NCBI GenBank assembly: GCA_958296125.1
Contig: OY282444.1
Span: forward strand, 2,697,623 to 2,761,622
DNA from: an uncultured Poribacteria bacterium
GTDB lineage: Bacteria > Poribacteria > WGA-4E > PCPOR2b
Length of the DNA stretch: 64,000 bases
Direction of reading: 5' to 3'
Part shown: piece by piece, positions 59,226 through 64,000 of the stretch
Layout of the letters: every line of letters begins with the position of its first letter
Numbering within the stretch: the stretch's first letter is position 1
Translations under genes and position numbers: made by a program
The notes under the pieces: generated by a model
Seen by the model: only the letters and a program-made list of their open reading frames with translations
The model's database searches: none
Told to the model about the DNA's origin: nothing

Positions 59226-60062
59226 TTATTCGTTGACGTAATCTGAACGCAACTCAAAGGTAAATTGGGATGAGCGATTTACTCGATTCGGGATTTCAGC
59301 ATTAATAGCCTTTATGTCTTCCTGTTCTTGGTACGCATTGACATCTTCGATGCTATCAAACTCAAACTCAACCAACCGGTGTGGAGATGTACCGTGATAG
59401 TTGTCGTAAGATGATACTCGTTTGAGGTCAGCGGGTGCCGATAGTGTTGGAGCAATGGACGCAATCCACTCCAGATACGCCGCTTTTCCACCAAGCGGAT
59501 AGTCAATTAAGTGAACGACTTTCAACTTCCGGGTGGGATTCTCATTTTTCGAGTAATCGGAACGTTGGATAAATACATACGAGCTCGATTCACTGCTGTG
59601 GTCTGGAATTGAACCAAGGACTGCAGCGATATCGGGACGATTCAGATACGTCATCGCATCTGCGAAACTACCAAATTCAAACTCAACGAGCCGATGCGGA
59701 TTCTCGCCGTAGAAATTATCGTAAGATGCTACTCGTTTGAGCTCTTCGGGGGCTTGCAGTGTGGATGCAACAGACGCGACCCACGCAATATAGACCTCTT
59801 TCCCACCAAGCGGATAGTCGATTAACCACACCAACTTCACTGGAGCCGCTTCCATATCAGGTGGAAGATCATCCATGTCGGTATCCGTCGTGTTCATCAC
59901 ATCATCCATGCCAGCAGTATCTGTAGATGACATCGTGTCCATCACTATATCTCTAGCGACATCACAACCGCCTAAAGTAACTATTGCTATCAGAACGACT
60001 ATAAACATTGGAAAGCCTCCTTTAGTGTACAGTAGATTAACGGTTATAAGCCTTGGGCTCAC
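59226..60062 (-). CDS. Hypothetical membrane-anchored protein with tandem-duplicated ~100-aa domain, inserted in atp operon
   Basis: N-terminal TM/signal. Two repeats sharing L(I)DYPLGGK..Y..W.AS.A.TL.AP..LKRV.SYDN..G..PHRLVEFEF.S; possibly an alpha+beta barrel-like domain. Confidence 0.55.
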   Translation of the reverse strand: MSPRLITVNLLYTKGGFPMFIVVLIAIVTLGGCDVARDIVMDTMSSTDTAGMDDVMNTTDTDMDDLPPDMEAAPVKLVWLIDYPLGGKEVYIAWVASVASTLQAPEELKRVASYDNFYGENPHRLVEFEFGSFADAMTYLNRPDIAAVLGSIPDHSSESSSYVFIQRSDYSKNENPTRKLKVVHLIDYPLGGKAAYLEWIASIAPTLSAPADLKRVSSYDNYHGTSPHRLVEFEFDSIEDVNAYQEQEDIKAINAEIPNRVNRSSQFTFELRSDYVNE

Positions 60063-60239
60063 ATAATTCTTTAGGTTTTAAGGTTAAATTGTTGAATTTT
60101 CTTATTGAGTTATTGTAACCGATGCTTCTTGAATCGGTTTGTTGACGTTGTAGGGCGCGTTTTCACCTCCAATAAAATCTTTCGGCTCTTCCCACAAAGT
60201 GTGCAGACTGTTTTTCACGAACACAGTAATCTATGAAAG

Positions 60240-60677
60240 TCAATCCGAATCTGAGGGGGACAGCCCTTCAAAGTAGTAGGCTATTTGGTCGAAGCGGTCG
60301 CACGCGAAGGAAAAGACGAAGACCAGCGGCTCGCTGCCGGTACAATAGACAGCATGTTTGGCGTTGGCTGGGATATAGACGGCCGAACCCGGTCCAATTT
60401 CCGCTTCGTGACTCTCAATTTCAATGTGACCGTGGCCGCTGACCACATAATACGTCTCATCTGGTTCGTGGTGGTGAAGGGGGAGCCGGGAACCGGGTGG
60501 GCACTCCGCTATACCCGTAACGAGCCCACTGCTCGGTCCTCTCTCTCCGGTGATCAGGAGCTTCCAGCGAATCGAACTTTCAGCGGCAATGACCGGGGTA
60601 TCCCAACCTTCCCAAGTGAGCTTTGCTTCATTGATGATGATGGGTTTCTGTACGCTCATAGATTGCTTTCTCCTCAT
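60240..60677 (-). CDS. Cupin domain protein (inserted between atpG and atpD)
   Basis: HHHEPDETYYVVSGHGHIEI...GPGSAVYIPANAKHAV cupin two-motif core. Confidence 0.65.
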   Translation of the reverse strand: MRRKQSMSVQKPIIINEAKLTWEGWDTPVIAAESSIRWKLLITGERGPSSGLVTGIAECPPGSRLPLHHHEPDETYYVVSGHGHIEIESHEAEIGPGSAVYIPANAKHAVYCTGSEPLVFVFSFACDRFDQIAYYFEGLSPSDSD

Positions 60678-60703
60678 ACCTTAAGAATACTTCTCACTTC
60701 GCT

Positions 60704-61570
60704 TTAACCCTCTAAAGCCGCTGCCCCGCTCACAATCTCAGAAATCTCTGTTGTAATCTGGGTCTGGCGGGCGCGGTTACGTTGAAGAACTAAGTCGTCA
60801 ATGAGTTCATTGGCGTTGCGGGTTGCATTTTCCATCGCCACCATCCGCGCCGCTTGCTCTGCGGCATTGGAATCCAGCAGCACCTTCCACATCTGCATAT
60901 TCAGGTGTTTTGCCAATACGGATTGGAAAATTGCCTCTTGTTCCGGCTCATACAGATAATCAAGGAAGAGTTCATCGCCGGTAGGCACTTCAGGCGCGAG
61001 GGGCAGCAAACCCTCAACCAAAACCGTTTGCACAATCGCGGATTTGAAATCATTGTAGATCACTTCCACCCTGTCGACCTGCTTATCCCGATACAGATGC
61101 TCAAACTCCTCCACGATTTCAACAGCGGTCTCAAATGCAAGTTGCCGAAAAATGTTGACATACTCAGCGATAACATTATAATCGCGCCGGGCAAAATAGT
61201 CCCGGGTGCGTCTGCCAACACAAATCACTATCACTTCCGCCCCCTGTGCTTGATAGTGTTGGGTTCGCTGTGTTGTTGTTCGGATCACGTTGCTGTTAAA
61301 ACTACCGCATAGCCCACGGTCTGCAGAAACGGAGATCAGGCAAACGCGCTTAAGTTCACGCGATTCCAGCAACGGATGAGAGGGGTTTTCGATTTGGGAG
61401 ATAAGATGCCCCAGGATTGTATTGAATTTTTCGGCGAAAGGACGGGTGGCTAGGATATTTTCCTGTGCTCGGCGTAATCGAGCCGCAGCAACCACTCGCA
61501 TTGCATCTGTTACTTTCGAGATATTCTCAATACTTGCGATACGCCGTCTAATTTCACGTAATGTTGCCAT
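60704..61570 (-). CDS. atpG: ATP synthase F1 gamma subunit
   Basis: 288 aa; MATLREIRRRIASIENISKVTDAMRVVAAARLRRAQ canonical gamma N-terminus and a C-terminal helix ending with an ALEG-type motif. Confidence 0.95.
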   Translation of the reverse strand: MATLREIRRRIASIENISKVTDAMRVVAAARLRRAQENILATRPFAEKFNTILGHLISQIENPSHPLLESRELKRVCLISVSADRGLCGSFNSNVIRTTTQRTQHYQAQGAEVIVICVGRRTRDYFARRDYNVIAEYVNIFRQLAFETAVEIVEEFEHLYRDKQVDRVEVIYNDFKSAIVQTVLVEGLLPLAPEVPTGDELFLDYLYEPEQEAIFQSVLAKHLNMQMWKVLLDSNAAEQAARMVAMENATRNANELIDDLVLQRNRARQTQITTEISEIVSGAAALEG

Positions 61571-61662
61571 GGTAAACCTCTATGAGTAAATTGTTTCAAG
61601 CACTTCCCGTTCCCAATCCTCGTAATTTATCGTTTTTGGTATTACGCATTACGTATTACGGA

Positions 61663-63219
61663 TTATGTATCATGTCTGAACTGTTCCTTGAAACTTTTTA
61701 CAGCTGCATGCAAACTGTCGATAAGTTCGTCACTCAAAACACCGGTTTCAGCAATTTCTGTTAGAATGTTTGCATGTTCTCTCTCCATATATGAGAGAAA
61801 CTCGGATTCAAATCGGGCAACCTCGTTAATTCCAATATCATCCAAATAGCCATTAGTTCCAGAGAAAATCGTTACCACCTCTTTTTCAGCCGACATTGGC
61901 TCATACTGTGGCTGTTTCAGCAGTTCAACTAGGCACTCCCCGCGCCGAAGTTGGGCTTGGGTCGCAGCATCAAGATCAGATCCAAACTGTGCAAACGCAG
62001 CAACTTCACGAAAGCTGGCTAAGTCTAATCTTAGTGACCCTGCAACTTCAGCCGCACTCATTGCTTTAATCTGAGCTTTTTTATCAACCCGGGAAACCGA
62101 TGTGCCGACATCAATCGCTGGTCGGACTCCTTCGTTGAAGAGATCCGTTATTAGATAGATTTGCCCATCCGTGATGGAGATCACATTTGTTGGGATGTAG
62201 GTGGTAAGATCGCCTTCAAAAATCTCGATAATTGGCAAAGCGGTCAGCGAACCTCCTCCCAATTCATCGCTGAGTTTTGAAGCACGTTCCAACAACCGGG
62301 AGTGGAGATAAAAGACATCGCCCGGGTACGCCTCACGTCCCGGGGGGCGCCGTGAGAGCAGAGACATCTGACGATAAGCCCACGCATGTTTGGTAAGATC
62401 GTCATAAATAACGAGGGCATGCCGGCCGCTATCCCGGAAGTATTCCCCCATCGAGGTGCCTGTGTAAGGTGCAAGATACTGGAGCGGAGACGACTCACTC
62501 GCCGGTGCCGAAACAACAATCGTGTAATCCATCGCCTTATACTGCTCTAACGTATTAACAACTTGGGCAACTGTTGAGCCCTTTTGCCCGACTGCGACGT
62601 AGATACAATACATATCGATGTCTTCTTGAGCACCCGTTTCCTTCCATTTTGAATTCTGGTTAATGATTGCGTCAATAGTGATAGCTGTTTTGCCCGTTTG
62701 GCGGTCGCCGATAATCAACTCACGTTGTCCGCGACCAATTGCTGTCATACTGTCAATCGCCTTCAAACCAGTGTACATCGGCTCACTCACCGGCTGACGT
62801 TGCACAATGCCTAACCCCTTCCGTTCAACGGGGAGGGTCTGTTCGGTCTGGATTTCTCCTTTGCCGTCGATAGGTTGTCCAAGAGCGTTTACAACGCGCC
62901 CAAGCAGCCCCTCACCGACAGGCACTTCAAGCAATCTGTTAGTCCGCTTGGCGAGATCTCCCTCATGAATTAACTTATCTTCGCCGAAGAGGACGCAGCC
63001 GACATTATCCTCTTCAAGGTTAAAAGCCATGCCGGAAACACCGTTGGGAAATTCAATCATTTCACTCGCCATGACGTTGGCAAGTCCGTGGACACGGGCA
63101 ATTCCATCGCCAACTTCGAGCACAGTTCCGGAGTCGTATACGTCGACCTGCTGGCTATATTGTAGGAGTTGTTGTTTTAGAATGTTTGATACTTCGTCGG
63201 GTCTGACTTCTCTTGCCAT
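61663..63219 (-). CDS. atpA: ATP synthase F1 alpha subunit
   Basis: 518 aa; Walker A GDRQTGKT and alpha-subunit conserved blocks. Confidence 0.97.
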   Translation of the reverse strand: MAREVRPDEVSNILKQQLLQYSQQVDVYDSGTVLEVGDGIARVHGLANVMASEMIEFPNGVSGMAFNLEEDNVGCVLFGEDKLIHEGDLAKRTNRLLEVPVGEGLLGRVVNALGQPIDGKGEIQTEQTLPVERKGLGIVQRQPVSEPMYTGLKAIDSMTAIGRGQRELIIGDRQTGKTAITIDAIINQNSKWKETGAQEDIDMYCIYVAVGQKGSTVAQVVNTLEQYKAMDYTIVVSAPASESSPLQYLAPYTGTSMGEYFRDSGRHALVIYDDLTKHAWAYRQMSLLSRRPPGREAYPGDVFYLHSRLLERASKLSDELGGGSLTALPIIEIFEGDLTTYIPTNVISITDGQIYLITDLFNEGVRPAIDVGTSVSRVDKKAQIKAMSAAEVAGSLRLDLASFREVAAFAQFGSDLDAATQAQLRRGECLVELLKQPQYEPMSAEKEVVTIFSGTNGYLDDIGINEVARFESEFLSYMEREHANILTEIAETGVLSDELIDSLHAAVKSFKEQFRHDT

Positions 63220-63234
63220 AAGCTATTTTCTCCC

Positions 63235-63777
63235 TTATCCCCTTGCAAGTAATGCTCTCATTCGTTGAAGCTGTGATGTGATGCTTCCATCAAACACGGT
63301 ATCCCCTAATCGCACAATGATACCTCCTCGGATCTCGGCATCTTCGTTCAAGTCAAGCCGCACTTCCGCCCCTGAATAATCGCTCAGTTGCTGGGTGAGG
63401 TTGGCTGCTTGTGCATTGGTAAGCGGAACCGCTGACGTTACCTGTGCGACGACACGTCCCGCTTGCAAATCAACGATTTCCAGAAACAGCTGTAAGATTG
63501 TAACTAGAAATCCCTCGCGTTGTTTCAATGCCAGCAAGAGCAGAAAATTGAGGGTGAGCGGATGAACAGTTTCGGATAGGAGTTGTTGGAACATCTCACC
63601 CTTGAATTGCGGCGATAAAATGGGATTGGTCAGAAACTGATCGAAATCTTCCGATTCTTGTGCCAATTGGAGGACCTGATTGGTATCCACAACAATGCGA
63701 TCTAAAATATCCTGCTCCATCGCTGCATCGTACAATGCTTGTGCGTAGGGCTTGGCAATGCGAATCTCTCTCATCAA
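63235..63777 (-). CDS. atpH: ATP synthase F1 delta subunit (OSCP)
   Basis: 180 aa; OSCP-like helical N-domain (AKPYAQALYDAA) immediately upstream of atpA. Confidence 0.85.
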   Translation of the reverse strand: MMREIRIAKPYAQALYDAAMEQDILDRIVVDTNQVLQLAQESEDFDQFLTNPILSPQFKGEMFQQLLSETVHPLTLNFLLLLALKQREGFLVTILQLFLEIVDLQAGRVVAQVTSAVPLTNAQAANLTQQLSDYSGAEVRLDLNEDAEIRGGIIVRLGDTVFDGSITSQLQRMRALLARG

Positions 63778-64000
63778 AATCTTCGCAGTGGAAACCCCGT
63801 CTTAACTCCCCTGACAAAGCGGCCGGGGGGTTGGCGGGGAGTCGGTTGTTAGGTGACACCTAACAATCCTACTGCGCCTCCTATACGGTTCTATACCCTA
63901 TACCTAAAGTTGAGTCGGGTGAGTATCTGACAATCCGCTACCTTTGCAGAGTGCGTGATACGTTTTCCACCGCCTACCGGTGGCAATGACAATCCGTTTC

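Overview
This 64-kb window comes from a bacterial chromosome of moderate GC content. It is densely coding, mostly on the minus strand, and mixes housekeeping genes with a large accessory and catabolic gene set. All calls below rest on motif reading of the translations; no database search was possible.

Housekeeping genes:
- valS (37656..40292, -).
- A complete F1 ATP-synthase block on the minus strand: atpH, atpA, atpG, atpD, atpC (63777 down to 56802).
- A ComF-family phosphoribosyltransferase.
- An NtrC-type sigma-54 response regulator.
- A multidomain N-acetylmuramoyl-L-alanine amidase.
- A UbiA prenyltransferase.
- An MqnC/MqnE-like radical-SAM enzyme.

Expanded accessory families:
- Five phytanoyl-CoA dioxygenase (PhyH) paralogs.
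- Three xylose-isomerase-like TIM-barrel sugar-phosphate isomerases.
- Three SDR oxidoreductases.
- At least six cupins.
- Two NAD-dependent epimerases.
- Single copies of a class-III aminotransferase, a SelA-like PLP enzyme, a RidA-family protein, an MFS transporter, a lone HyuA hydantoinase subunit, a Gfo/Idh/MocA oxidoreductase, a 4-hydroxybutyryl-CoA dehydratase homolog, a GH88/105-like hydrolase, an Ldh_2 dehydrogenase, an FAD-dependent disulfide reductase and an aldose epimerase.

Most notable structure:
1. An 18-bp GC-rich dispersed repeat, core CCTGGTCTCGG(A/C)ACGGAC, in at least 8 copies and both orientations. Five copies sit inside an IS200/IS605-type TnpB reading frame in three different codon phases. 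That TnpB also carries an in-frame TAA, is flanked by imperfect left and right hairpins, and has split a DNA-methyltransferase gene remnant.
2. A periplasmic rhodanese whose catalytic-cysteine position is occupied by tandem in-frame TGA codons (pseudogene or possible Sec recoding), next to an FAD disulfide reductase.
3. An atp operon in which a cupin gene and a tandem-duplicated ~100-aa domain protein are inserted between atpG and atpD, with an unusual 280-bp repeat-bearing gap between atpD and atpC.
4. A 3 x 27-bp tandem repeat beside a G-rich hairpin.
5. Several gene fragments (GH32-like beta-sandwich, trypsin-like protease, methyltransferase), indicating local gene decay.

No rRNA, tRNA or CRISPR array was recognised. 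A marine or host-associated lineage such as Poribacteria-like bacteria is a weak inference only.
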